Shown here piece by piece: positions 28,057-40,736 of a stretch of 64,000 nt of DNA. The translations under genes and the position numbers were made by a program. Every line of letters starts with the position of its first letter. Position 1 is the first letter of the stretch. The notes beneath the pieces are model-generated. The model saw nothing but the letters and a program-made list of their open reading frames with translations. It was not told where the DNA came from and did not search any database. Location of the stretch: contig OZ024743.1 in the NCBI GenBank assembly GCA_964016885.1, positions 114,204,001 through 114,268,000 on the forward strand. The letters run 5' to 3'. This stretch comes from Eledone cirrhosa (Eukaryota).

Positions 28057-29498
28057 ATCAATGTTTGTACATATAATCAACCTCCTATTCAACTGAAGAA
28101 TCATGCAGATACATATATATTGATGTTGTGGACAACAGTTTCATGTTTACAGGGTGGAATGAATGCGACATATATTATATTATACGAGAATTGTACAATA
28201 ATTCAAATTAAGATTAAAATTAAAATTAAAATTAAAATTAAAATTAAAATTAAAATTAAAATTAAAATTAAAAGCATAGTGTGGAATACATGCGTCAGAT
28301 AATACAGATAATACAGATAATACAAGAGAATAGTCTAATAATTAAATTAGAGAGATAGTATATGCGTTAGTCATATGTAAAGGAATGGAACAAGCAAATG
28401 TATCATGCATATATGAGTACTGTATGGCAGGGTATTACATAAAATACAAGCACTTTAAGCGAATATGTTAGTGTATTATGGTGGGTGCAATGCGAGGATA
28501 TTTTCTGTATAGTTCAAATTTGTATGTCTGTAGAATATGAAAGTTGCAGATTTCACATCCATTACATAAGTTAAGATATATTTGTATTGAATGTTTGTTA
28601 TAGGACTGGATTGTAAATTAGTGTTATTTAATCCATATTTATGGATTAGAGTTGTTTAACTGCGGGAATTTTCAACGGTTTAATATCCGGAAGTGGATAT
28701 GGAATTAAGGGGAGCTAATGCGTAAGGGGAGGTAACTAGCTCATTATAATAATCCAATTCCTTGCTCTAATAGACATTATATAGTGCTTCAATTGAATCC
28801 CTTATATAAAGCGTTATATATTTATATTTAATTTTAAATACAGTCTACTCTCTCATAATATATTAATGGTTTCATTAGATTGTTGTCTAACCAATATTAT
28901 ATAGTGCCATAATTTAATTCCCTATTCAAAATGTTATATATTTATATTTAATTTTAAATACAGTCTACTCTCATAATATATTAAAGGTTTCATTAGATTG
29001 TTGTCTACCCAATATTTGGTAAGATATGGAATAACGTATAGCTGTTTGCATGATAAATTAGATACATCTCTTGCGTAAATAAATTAATCCTTTATATACA
29101 ATGTTATTAATCTATACATTTAATTATAAATGTATATATAATTCATTGTTCCATATTTCATTTAAGTTAGATAAATCCCTTATGTTAATAAATTAATCCT
29201 TTATATATAATGTTATTAATTTATACATTTAATTATAAATGTATATATAATTCATTGTTACATTTAATATTTAAAGTTTATATATATTGTATTATATTTC
29301 AATCACTATATAATTATATGTAATCTAAAGTAATTATATTAAAAGGTGGTGACTATAAGAATATTTCTAGAGTATAAAGTTATAGATAAAAATGATTTGT
29401 GTAGAGGAAAGGATGGATCAAAGAGTGTGATGCAGCGGTGGAAGTTAAGTCTTAGAGGTGAAGTGCTAATGGTGGTGATGAGTTCAAATCTGACATTG

Positions 29499-30345
29499 TT
29501 ATATACTAGGTTTAAAGCTTTGGAATGAGTGTCGGAAGCGGTGCTGGCACGATGCAAACACTTCCGATTTTTTATTTAGGAGGTTAAGATTCGAAAAGAT
29601 TATAGTATGGGTCTCTAGGAGACAGAGGTTACAAAATGTATTAGGTGGTTTATACGATGCAGCCCTACCTACTACTTCCCATTGAAGTGTATATGGTCTA
29701 TTCCTAGTTTTCAGATAGTGTATGTAGCTAGATAGTGAAGTGGAGTTGGCTAGATTGTGTTTTTTGAAAGAGTGTCGGTGCGAGTTGTATCTCGTCTTGA
29801 AGCAGTTCGAAGTAGAGCCTATATATGTTTTAGAAGAGTTGTTAGTGTTGACCGTGCAGGAGTAAATGATGTCCTTGATTAAGTAGTTGTTACTTAAAAG
29901 GCATGTTCTATTTGATCTACAGTTACATTTATTTTGGATGTTATCTTGTCGGTTATTATGTTGTGTAGAAGTCTGGTTGCTAGGGATAGTATTAGGGCTT
30001 TGATGGTTGTCGTTCCTAATATTATTGATTTCATTAGTGTTATTACTATTATTACTATTGCTATTAAGGTTTGTAGTTATTATGTTGTTCTGAAAGTTTA
30101 CCTCCTGCTGTGTTTTAATTTGTTGAAAATAAGTATTAATCTTTCTTTTATTACTACTAGCTATATGGTATGCTATGTTAGGTGTGGTAGAGTAAGAGAT
30201 TTTAATGGTGTTTTTATTTATTAAATTATGGTACTTGTGGCCAGATGGGAAGTTTTTTTCTAGGATTGAGAAGAAAGCCTTAGGTAAGTTGGTAGGGACG
30301 TTTAGATTGAAAGGGGGATTGAAAAATGTATTAGTTCTTCTTCTA
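29499..30345 (-). pseudogene. PLE linker and GIY-YIG remnant
   Basis: Hand translation gives FFNPPFNL, KCNCRSNRTCLL, IIYSCTV...YIGSTSNCFKTRYNSH, CNLCLLE and CQHRF; frameshifted. Confidence 0.85.
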
Positions 30346-30431
30346 TTTTTGTTTTTTTAATATCTATTGAGATTTGGAAGGGCAGATTAGTCTTATCGAA
30401 GGGTTACTAATGAAATCTTCCTTATGGTCCT

Positions 30432-30971
30432 TCAGAGAGGATATGGGGGGGGGGGGGTGTATGGCTGTGTATGCCTATGAAGTCCCAATTTACACACTAT
30501 ACTACGACCTTCCAAATTAATATCTTCTAGGTTTTTAATAGTAGTTTTCGTATAGCTCCTATGTAGTTCTTTATATATAAATTTTCTACATGTATCATAA
30601 TATAGGCTATATATATTATTAGTTTTATCTGCATGTACAATAATTTTATTATTTGTATTGAATCCTTTAATAGTGGAGTTAAGTTTGTTTAAGAAGGTGT
30701 TGTTTCTATTACGATGCTTTTTGTATTTAATGTTCTTAACTAGTTTTATTAGGTCATTTTCAAAAGAGTTTAATAATGTGTTGTGAGGAGAGCTTTTAAA
30801 AGTTTTAAAGCCGAAGGAGTCAAATTTGTTAGTATCATCGGTTTTGTTAGATCTGTTTTTATCATTATTGATAAAGGAGTTGACACTATTGATCAATAAT
30901 TTTCCATATGTATCTTTAGATGGTATTGGTATGTTCTTAGTAGACATAGGAAGGTAGTCTTTGATCAGCAT
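30432..30971 (-). pseudogene. PLE N-terminal region
   Basis: MSTKNIPIPSK, FENDL and VHADKTNN, homologous to 19850-21088. Confidence 0.85.
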
Positions 30972-31205
30972 ACTGGTAATTTAATGTATGTTAGCTCAAC
31001 AGTATGGAGCAGTTAATAATATTAAAGATACTATTTATAGTTATGTATGTATATACTACACTATAAACAACTATAAACAGGGAAGGTCAGTAATTTATTA
31101 CTACCTTATTACCAGTAAGAGAAATAGCTCAATGTAAGAACATCAGTTGTTGTACAGAGCAGTAATATAGAATACACAAGTATCAAAGTTATGTTTAAAA
31201 CATTT

Positions 31206-31258
31206 AATCGCTGACAATTGTTTCTTCCAAACTTAGGCTTTGGAGTCCTCGGAGCATT
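31206..31258 (-). ncRNA. Putative minimal type I hammerhead ribozyme (U4C core), best-preserved copy
   Basis: Minus strand: aatgct CCGAGGA c-tccaaa-gcctaag-tttgga-a GAAAC aatt GTC agcgatt; palindromic stem III caattg. Confidence 0.75.
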
Positions 31259-31711
31259 ATCAATCTGCAACTTTCATATTCTACAGACATACAAGTTTGA
31301 ACTATACAGAAAATATCCTCGCATTGCACCCGCCATAATACACTAACATATTCGCTTAAAGTGCTTGTATTTTATGTAATACCCTGCCATACAGTACTCA
31401 TATATGCATGATACATTTGCTTGTTCCATTCATTTACATATGACTAACGCATGTACTATCTCTCTTATTTAATTATTAGACTATTCTCTTGTATTATCTG
31501 CATTATCTGTATTATCTGACGCATGTATTCCACACTATGCTTTTAATTTTAATTTTAATTTTAATTTTAATCTTAATTTGAATTATTGTACAATTCTCGT
31601 ATAATATAATATATGTCGCATCCATGAAACTGTTGTCCACAACATCAATATATATGTATCTGTATGATTCGTCAGTTGAATACGAGGTTAATTATATGTA
31701 CAAACATTGAT

Positions 31712-31763
31712 AATGCTCCGAGTACTCCAAGCCTAAGTTTGGAAGAAACAATTGTCAGCGATT
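31712..31763 (+). ncRNA. Inverted hammerhead copy with a G8U core mutation
   Basis: aatgct CCGAGTA ctccaa...ttggaa GAAAC aatt GTC agcgatt. Confidence 0.55.
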
Positions 31764-31887
31764 AAATCTTTGCGATTAAATGTTTTAAACACAACTTTGA
31801 TACTTGTGTATTCTATATATATGTGTGTCTGTACACACAGAAACACATACGTATATTTATATCCACATATTTATTTATATATCTATA

Positions 31888-31931
<44 letters not shown>

Positions 31932-32142
31932 CACGTATATATAAATGAAGATGTACACTAAGCAGTCGAAGTATGAGGGAAAACTAACAAATAAGTTGTA
32001 TATGTGTTATGGTTAATATATATATGTCCGAACACAATGGAACTAAACTCCCATTGTCATTCCCTCTATCTCTCCTGCTCTCACTATCATGAGCAAATAG
32101 GGGCCCACGCGCTGTCCGCCTCGTCGCCTCGGCGGACAGAAT

Positions 32143-32214
<72 letters not shown>

Positions 32215-32494
32215 AATGAAAAATGGCAAGCTGCGTTGTTGCGAATGTGATACATATGAATTAAAATATATCACTGACTTGTTTTCTCATTGTTTTCTCA
32301 TTTTCCTCTCTTTACGTTACCTCACCGTTCTTGTTTGTTTACATGTCTCTCTTTCTCCACCCAATTCTTTTTATCCCAATAACTTATTTTAGTTATTGTT
32401 CGCGCTGGCCTGAGGTATCTGGTCTTTAATGCGAAAAAATACCGATGATGGCCAGAAGATCACTGATGATGGATAGGCCTGGTTTCTTGCGCTA

Positions 32495-32587
<93 letters not shown>

Positions 32588-32811
32588 CTCTCTATTATAT
32601 ATATATATATATATATACGATATATTAACAAATGGAAACTATATTTATAAAACCATATTTATTTCATTATACATATTTCAAGGACACCAACACTTGTTGT
32701 ATCCCAACAATTTAAATAGAACATCTACATATATATATATATATATATATATAATATTGAGTAAAATATCAGGAGCCGGACTGGTGAAATTCCTTCAAAG
32801 ATTTATTACAG

Positions 32812-32875
32812 TAAACACTATGTATATTTCAATGACCAAGTTCCGTACGATCCTGATAACATCATCAGGTGTTTA
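32812..32875 (-). ncRNA. Putative hammerhead ribozyme with canonical core
   Basis: Minus strand: taaacac CTGATGA tgttatcagg...cttggtcatt GAAAT atac ATA gtgttta; stem I is a perfect 7 bp. Confidence 0.72.
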
Positions 32876-33029
32876 TTGCATAATAGTTATATAATAAAGG
32901 AATAATGGTAAGCACAATTCAAGAGGCTAAAAAAATAACAGAGAAAAATGTTTTTGACTCGAAGGCTGTCAGGGCCAGTTGTCAGTTTGGCTGACCAGTT
33001 CTATCCAGTGGTGAACCACCAGCCTTAAA

Positions 33030-33100
<71 letters not shown>

Positions 33101-34349
33101 GTAAAAGCCTGGGAGGTTATATCCGTAGTCAGTAGAGCACTCAATCCATATGACGAGTTCGGTATATAGTTAGGTCCACAACAAATTAGCAAACCATACT
33201 CGAGGACGCGCGTTTTACCCATGTCTCCCTATTATAAAATGATATCTGTATATACACAAATAGAATTAAGCAAGATTGCGGGAATGTGTATATAAATTTA
33301 CGCTCTGAGTGTGTACACATATAAATATGCCATATACTGTATATATATATATATTCCCCTGTATATCGGAAAAAATGTTAAGCACCTGTTGACAATTTTC
33401 AAGTCTAGTTGGGACGTAAAGGGACGTAACTATGCTGGAAAGCATGGCGTCCGACCCTCTACCGATACTGCCAATCCACCTTATGATTTAAATAATGCCG
33501 AAAAATCAAATCTGGAGAGTTCTGACTGAAACACATTTGATTCTGATAGATCATGAAATGCTAAACAACAACAACAAATAAAAAGCAACAATATTGGTAT
33601 GTGTTAAATTATTATTAAATTTTCTTAATTAAATATGGTTTAATTTCCATCCTCATTTTCCATCCTCACTAAAAAGGAAAATGACAAAAAAAAAAAAGTT
33701 ATCGTTTAAAACCAAAGGAGAAAACTAATTTGAAGTACTCCAGCATCGCCTGCTCTTTCCGCCACACAGCCATGACCAGCAGGTTGAACACGTTACATGA
33801 TAATATCAAGGCATGAAGAGATAGTCAATTGACTTTGAAGATAGTTATAAAATCTGCAAACGACGCACAAAAACTATATATTATGTTGATGCAGTCTCAG
33901 ATATTGATATCGATTTCAAACAGACTTATAATTAATGAACGACGTTAAAAAACCCAAACTCAAACACGAAATCATAGAAGCAAAATAGCTAAATGGTCAT
34001 AATTACTGGTCATAATGACTAGAATTTGTAGTCGATTTGAACATTTGTTTGGTTTTGGTCTTTGAAAATCTAGAAAGAATAATAAAAAATAATAAACTAA
34101 ATTACTCACGCCTCTCAAAAATCATGAATGATAATTTCAACTTTATGAAAGAGTTTTGGCAATTGTACCAATATGTATGTGTTTATCTATCTATTTCAAT
34201 CTTACCTCTCTCTGTCTCTTCCCCCACACTCTCTCTATATATATTTTCAAAATATACTTAATACACACACACACACATACACTCAATGAGTCACGTCCAC
34301 ACCCATACACGCAGACACACACGCACACTCATATATGTTCTACAGACAT

Positions 34350-34413
<64 letters not shown>

Positions 34414-34711
34414 TTCGTTTCTGAATTTGTTTAGCAAGATTCTTTATCTGAAATCGTGTGTTGAAACCGATATTGTTATACTTTGGGAGGGTCATGTTGC
34501 CAATAAGAAACACACGCACCAGTTGCTTTCACTTCAATTTATATATAAACAACTATCTGGTTGTGGAACCAACCACCCAACCAGAAATTTATAAGTTTGT
34601 AGATTTGTAAATTTGTAAATTTATAAATTTATAGATATATAATAAATTGAAGTGAAAGCAACTGGTGCGTGTGTTTCTTATTGGCAACATGACCCTCCCA
34701 AAGTATAACAA
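34414..34711. mobile_element. Unclassified interspersed repeat with ~70-bp inverted arms (copy 2 of 3)
   Basis: About 34473-34542 is the reverse complement of about 34642-34711; flanked by (AAT)n. Confidence 0.8.
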
Positions 34712-34966
34712 TAATAATAATGTTTTCTTTATTAACCACAAGGGTTTACATAAAGTAGACATTAAGGACAGTACAGGACAACACAGGACGGTACAAATGG
34801 GCATTTCTGCGTGTAAAAAAAAACAGAGGTTGAAATAAAATAACAAAGAAAAATTCCCCAATAGGGGGGAGACTTCGGAGGGACATTTGTGGAGAAAGCC
34901 CAGTAAAAGGCCACAGTGACCCTGACCACCAAGGCAAGTGCCCTCTCCCAGTTTTCCACCTTTAAT

Positions 34967-37900
34967 TTACAGATATGTACTCAGAGTAGGCCCATTCACT
35001 CGGGCCATTCTTGCTTCTCTCACCCATCTTTCAACAAAATGCTGGGAAGAGAGCACTTCCCTCTCTACTCTGATTTTCCTTTTCAAATGAAATTTGAAAA
35101 AGTCAATCAGAGCATCACCGAAGAGGTAAGTGCTCGTCTTCAGCCCTTTCAAACGTGTCCACCATACTATCTCTTTCGCCATGGCCACCAGACAGATAAA
35201 AACTGCCTGCCCTTCCCGGCTAAAGGAGGAGGGCGGGGCAATCCTCACGATGGACTCAGATGATAGCCGGATCCGTCCTACACGCGACAGCAGGTTTTCG
35301 ACATAAACCCACAAGACAGCAATTTTTGGACACTGGACGAGTGCGTGCAGGACGGTTTCGTCGCCCTGCGCGCATCTCGGACATGCCCGGCTGACGGCAC
35401 CTCCATGCCTGTAGAGTTTATCCCGAACTGGCAAGGCTCCTCGATAGCACTGCCAGGCCAGAGATTTCTGGAAGTTGTCCATAGGCTCCGGCCCGAAAGT
35501 TCTTCCGAAGAGATTGGCTAGTTGATTTTCGTCGACGCCTAGAGTTTCCCCAAGTACGTCGTCGCTCTTCCCCTCCACTAATCCTCTATAGAACGCCGAG
35601 GTGGAGTTTCCACCGATCACATTGCCTGATTGGTCGAGGGCTGTGAGCGCCTGAAGACATTCCAGTCTCCAGGCGCTCCCTCTCGGTCTTCGCTTGACCC
35701 AGGACTGCAACTCCGTCAAGGAAACGAGCTGGGGACATATGTGTCTAGCAAACGGCGACCACACCTGATCACAGTCGAGGAAGAGGTGGAGATGTCGTAG
35801 CCTGAGCGTGTGTCTGCGCATCATCAGCCACGGCATTCCCAGCCCTCCACGTAGCGGGTGTTGACAGCAGATGGACCGCCTGACCATCGGAGCGCGTCCC
35901 TTCCACAAAAAGCGAAAGAGCAAACGCTCCAGCGCAGTCAGGCGGGGCTTAGGACAAGGCACGACGGTCAGGCAGTAGCAGATGACAGACGCGGTGTACG
36001 CGTTAGCCACCTCCGCTCGACCTTTCAGGGATAGCTTCCTCTCCGCCCATTTCTGGGTGAGAGAAGCCACCCTGCTCGTCACCTCGTCCCAGTTTTTGTC
36101 CGTCTGGAGGTCCGGACCGAACCAGACCCCTAGCAATTTAACCGGTCCGTCCAGCGTCCGACGACGCTGTTGGACGGCATGGACCTGCCTCTCCAGGTGC
36201 CGAGCTGCAGGCCCACTGACTTTTCCTGGTTGATCATTGCTCCTGTCACCGCTTCGTATTCTCTTAGTGAAGTGCCGATCGACTCGATGTGTTTGGCGTT
36301 CGACACCACTACGGGGACATCGTCCGCATATGCTGACACGGATCTTCCGCATCCTAGTTCGCGCGGGACGACCCTCAACGTCTCCAGTTTGTGCAGTAAT
36401 GGCTCGAGAGTCAATACGTACAAGAGGGACGAGAGGGGACATCCTTGGCGGACCGAGCGCATGATGTTGAACGGTTCCGAAAGGTGACTGTTCACTCTCA
36501 CCACAGAGCAGATGTCGCTGTGCATGGCAGCGATCCAGCCTCTGAAGACGGGCCCAAAGCCAGCCGCCCTCAGGACTGCCGCTAGGTAACGATGGTCGAC
36601 CCTATCGAAAGCTTTCGACTGATCTAAATTGATCAAGGACCCACCCGTGCCAGGATCCCTAGCTACCCTCTCTACGATGTATCGCATGAGGTGGAGGTTG
36701 TCGTGGATGGATCTGTCGGGAATGGCGCATGTCTGCGCTTCTCCCACCAGACCACCAACGACAAGCGCCAACCTCTTTGCTAGCACCTTGGCCAAAATCT
36801 TGAACTCTGTGTTTAGCAGAGTTATGGTCCGGAAATTATCTATGTTATCCCCCTTATTCGGATCCTTTCTCAGCAGTGCCACCGCTCCTCGGCTCACAGA
36901 ACTGGGAATTCTCCCGTTCTGTTGCCAGTTGTAGTAGACGTCCGCCAAGAGGCATCCGAACAAGTCTGGCATCTGTACGTAATGTTCATAGGGCAGACCA
37001 TCCAAACCCGGCGATTTACCCCTTGTGCAGCCAGTCATTGCCTCCCGTACTTCAGCGGCTGTTATCGGCTTTTCGCAACACTCCACTTCAGTGGCCGAGA
37101 GCCGCGGCAGTCCGTCGAGGTAGACACTAAAGTCCATCCCTCGACCCGGCCCACCGCTGTCCCCGAACAGCTGAGTGGAAGTGTCGCTGAAAAGCTTCAC
37201 ACATTTGCCCGGGATCGAGTAGCATGCGCCCGTCGTGGTCCACCAAAGACCGGATCGTGGCTTTGTTGCCACGACGCGCCTCTGCCACTCGGGCCCATTG
37301 AACAGCTTTCATCCCCTCGTGTCTGAAAGCACGCACCCTAGCTCTGACAACGCAGCCTTCGTGCTTTGCATTGAAGAATTGGTCAAGGGCCAATTTCGCC
37401 GCAAGCACGTCGGTCGCAATGCCTTTGCTAAGCGCTTCGTCTAATTTTCTCTATAGCTAAAGCCTTACTAAACCTAATCGATTCTATTCTAATCGCTCTT
37501 TTCAGAGCAAAGCACCACTTGTTGTTGACAATGGCCCCTGTCAACGCCCGCTTAATTAGTTCGCTAATCCGGTCTCTGTAGGCCTTGCGCGCTGGTAAGG
37601 ACGCGTTTAGCTTCCAGTAGCCGGGTCCTCGTCTATGAAGCCTATCTAAATCAAGCACACAGATCACGAATTCGTGGTCCGTGTAGCTGACTATCTTGAA
37701 TTGTGGACAGCCTATGCTAGACCTATCTATTTCCCTACAAAATCCTCTATCTAGATATGATCTGGATGACCCTATGCGATTTGTTCAAGCCCACATTGGC
37801 ACATTCGGGAAATCCAATCGGTACCTGTCAGACAGTTCAAAACGCCTGAGCAGGTTGGTGAGGCTCTTGCACCCTCCACACCTATCCGCTAATCCCACAC

Positions 37901-38341
37901 AGTCCCAGCGTGCATCTAAGATCCCGTTCCAGTCGCCCACTAACACTAAAGAGCGGGACGTTCCAAGAAAGGTCTCCAGACGCCGGAAGAAATCAGGCCG
38001 CCCTGCTCCTGTCGGGGCATAGACGGCCACTAGCCTGAAAGCTTGCCCGTCTCCGCTGGTCACGTCCAGCACTCTGGGTCCAGGAAGATGGCCCGTATGG
38101 CGAGATCCAAACCTCTCCGAAAAAGCACAGCAACTCCTCCCCCCGATCCAGGACGGCTGGGAGATGCGTACACATCGTAGCCACCGAAGATCGGTGCGAA
38201 GGCCCGTGCTTCGGAGATTCTGGTCTCGCTGATGGCCACTACATCTATGTTTAGTGACCTTAGGTCGTTAAGCAGGTGACCCTGCTTCCATGACGACCCC
38301 AAGCCACGCGCATTTATGCTGCCTATTCTGAGTGAGGTCAT
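34967..38341 (-). pseudogene. LINE ORF2 (APE endonuclease, RT, C-terminal zinc finger), split by frameshifts
   Basis: SINARGL, AISET, VAVYAPT, VGDWN, YWKLNASL, KSPGLDG, DQSKAFDRVDH, AYADD and CPRC..ETVLHAL motifs. Confidence 0.93.
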
Positions 38342-38376
38342 GTTTAAAATAGAGTGGAAAAGATGGGAAAGACCAC

Positions 38377-40462
38377 TTACCGTACTTTTCGTAGAGGAGG
38401 GATGGTTTTTCCATCCCTTTTCACTTGATCGTCTGGTGAAGGGACCGTTGAATCGTCCATTCGGCTGGTCGTCGGCTCTTCTATGAGTATGTCCGAATAT
38501 ACTCTTCGGTTGAGAGTCCCTCCTAGGTCTCTGAAATCACCAACTGCGTTGGGGAATTTCGTTTTAATGTTTGTGTATTGTTTCTGTGCTATTTTTAGCA
38601 GTCTTATGTTAGTTGGCGTTTTGATTGGTGCTGGTATTATGTAGTCGTGTTGTGAAAGGTCTGTGTGTTCAATTATGTAAGTCATTAGTTTCTTGTTGTG
38701 TGTTTTTATTGCCGTGCATTTGTTTTTCTGGGGGTGTGGTGTGGTTCTGCTATTTTCTTGTCGTTGTTGCTGTGTGTGTGTGTTTTGTTGTGTTTGCGAT
38801 GTTGGTGCTTGTGGTGGTGGTGTTGAAGGTGTTGTTGTTGTTGGCGGTGGGGTTGTCGCCGGTGGTGATGGTGGTGCTAGTGTGGGTGGTGATGGTGTTG
38901 GTGGTGTTGCTGCTGTGAGTCTCTTTGCAGTAGCCTTTACCCCTTTTTTCATTTCTTTCCTCCCTTTTCGAAGGCGACGATGCGCTGCTTCTGCGTTTGT
39001 GCCTTCTTACGACCTTTTGCCATCCCTCTCCCACCTCACACTCCATGTCTGATTCTGTGAGGTCGGGGAGGGGTACCAGCTCTACTCTTTCACTTGTTGT
39101 TGTTGGTGATGTTTGCACTGGAGTCTCTGTTGCAGCTGCACTTGGTATTGCTGTTGTTGTTGTTAATACTTCCACTGCTGCTGCTGTTTTTGATTTCCGT
39201 GGCGTGGGTATGGGTGTCACGGATCTATCGTTCCTGGTTGCCGCCTGTCCTGTTGCTGGTAGCCGTGGATCCGGTTTCGGAAGGAGGGGGGTTTTCTCCT
39301 TTCTCAGGGTCTTCTCGTTGCAGAAGGCCCTGAGGTGAGTCTTCGATCCACAGCGAAAGCATTTCGGGCGTTTGCCCTCAACACTTATGTGCAGTTGAGT
39401 GCCGTTATCGAAGTCTATCACATCCGGGATAGCTTCGATGCACTCCTGGTTGGTTTGGATTAACATCTCAAATCTTAACGACCCAATCTTCTCTTACTTT
39501 TTTCTGTATTTGCAGTACAGTTGTTTTGTCCTCGATTCCGACGAGGACAGACGCGGCCAGCCAAGAAGGGGCCATCCCGGGAGGGGGGGGGGCACGTGGG
39601 TCAGTTTGACCCTCACAATTTTTTGCCCGCAGTAGGAGGGCACCAACACCATTTCCTCGCTCCTTAGGGTCACTACGGATTGGGCCTTTGCCTCCTGGGG
39701 TGTGGCAAAAAGTACGTCTACGGTGGCATATTTTTTTGCCTCGGGTGATGTGCGTTTTCCGCTGCCACACAGACCCTAAGGCTTTTTGTATTTGAGCCTC
39801 TGTGGCTCTTTCCACCCTACGGGGTTTTGTACTTACTGTACGGTACGTGACAGTACAGTGCTGTTGTGTTTCGAAAAAATTTTCCGCTGCCTTGCAGATT
39901 GCTCGGTGTCCAGTTTTTGTCACCATCTTCTTCGCTTCCTCTAATTCCTCATTTGTTATGAGGATTGTTTCCAAGTTTTTCGCAATACCTGCAAATGAGA
40001 TTGGTTTTTCTTTGCTGCTGTTGTTGTTGTTGTCGTCAGAGCTGCTGTTACTTTTGTTGTTGCTGCAGGTACTACGACTACTGCCTCCGCCGCTGTTGCT
40101 GTGGTTGTTGTTGGTGTTGCTGCTGCTAATGCTGTTGTTGTTTATGCTGCTGGTGATGCTGTTGCGGCTGCTACTGTTGTTTTCATTGTCACTGTTGCTG
40201 TTGTTATTACGGCTGCTACTGCTATTATTCCTGACGTCAGACGAATGAACTGGGTTTTCGTATTTCCCGCACACCTGTTTCGTCGCTGTCGTCGTCGTCG
40301 TGGAGAAACCTTGCACGCTTTGCACGAGACTTTTCTTTTCTTTCGTCGCTTGCGAAAGAGAAGGGAGGGAGAGAGACAATCTTCTCTCTGCTGTAGTGAT
40401 GATAAAGGAAGAAGAAGACGGAATGAGTGGGAGTGACTATGAAATTTCTTTTTCGTAGCCAT
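38377..40462 (-). pseudogene. LINE ORF1 (N/S/T-rich tracts, CCHC zinc knuckle), frameshifted
   Basis: SFAGIAK and VEGKRPKCFRCGSKTHLRAFC. Probable start aaaacaacATGGCT at 40462, conserved with 45874 in the neighbouring copy. Confidence 0.82.
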
Positions 40463-40681
40463 GTTGTTTTTATTTTTGTTTAAAATAAATATTGGGTACA
40501 AAACCCCAATAATCAGTTATTGAACCCCGAAGGGCCAAATAACGGGCAGAAAGACCCCTCTCACGAGGAGGAGGGTGTTTTTGTCTACAATTTGGTTAAA
40601 GTTTTAAACAATTTACAATTGTTATAGCGGTCAAAATTTACAATACCTTACAGAGCCGAGCCTCCGTCAACCATAGCATTC

Positions 40682-40735
<54 letters not shown>

Positions 40736-40736
<1 letters not shown>

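Larger units (their letters stand above)
27816..31818 (-). mobile_element. Internally deleted Penelope-like element (third family) with direct and inverted pseudo-LTR copies
   Basis: 27816-28062 is repeated directly at 31017-31264; 31262-31818 is the reverse complement of about 27964-28552. Retains the N-terminal ORF and GIY-YIG remnants but no RT core. Confidence 0.88.
34723..40681 (-). mobile_element. Near full-length Tx1/L1-type LINE (frameshifted)
   Basis: 5' UTR, ORF1 with CCHC knuckle, ORF2 APE-RT-zinc finger and 3' UTR with aataaa; (AAT)n on both sides. Confidence 0.93.

Noticed and set aside
32440-32490. ccgatga and ctgatga motifs with ggcc pairing
   Set aside because: No downstream GAAA-NUH in the right geometry.
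33195-33225. Minus-strand aaaacgcgcgtc resembling a hammerhead stem III
   Set aside because: No CUGANGA-like core or stem II upstream.
33720-33870. Possible minus-strand host exon (acceptor-like tttgcag, moderate GC)
   Set aside because: Stops in all frames soon after the acceptor and no recognisable protein motif.
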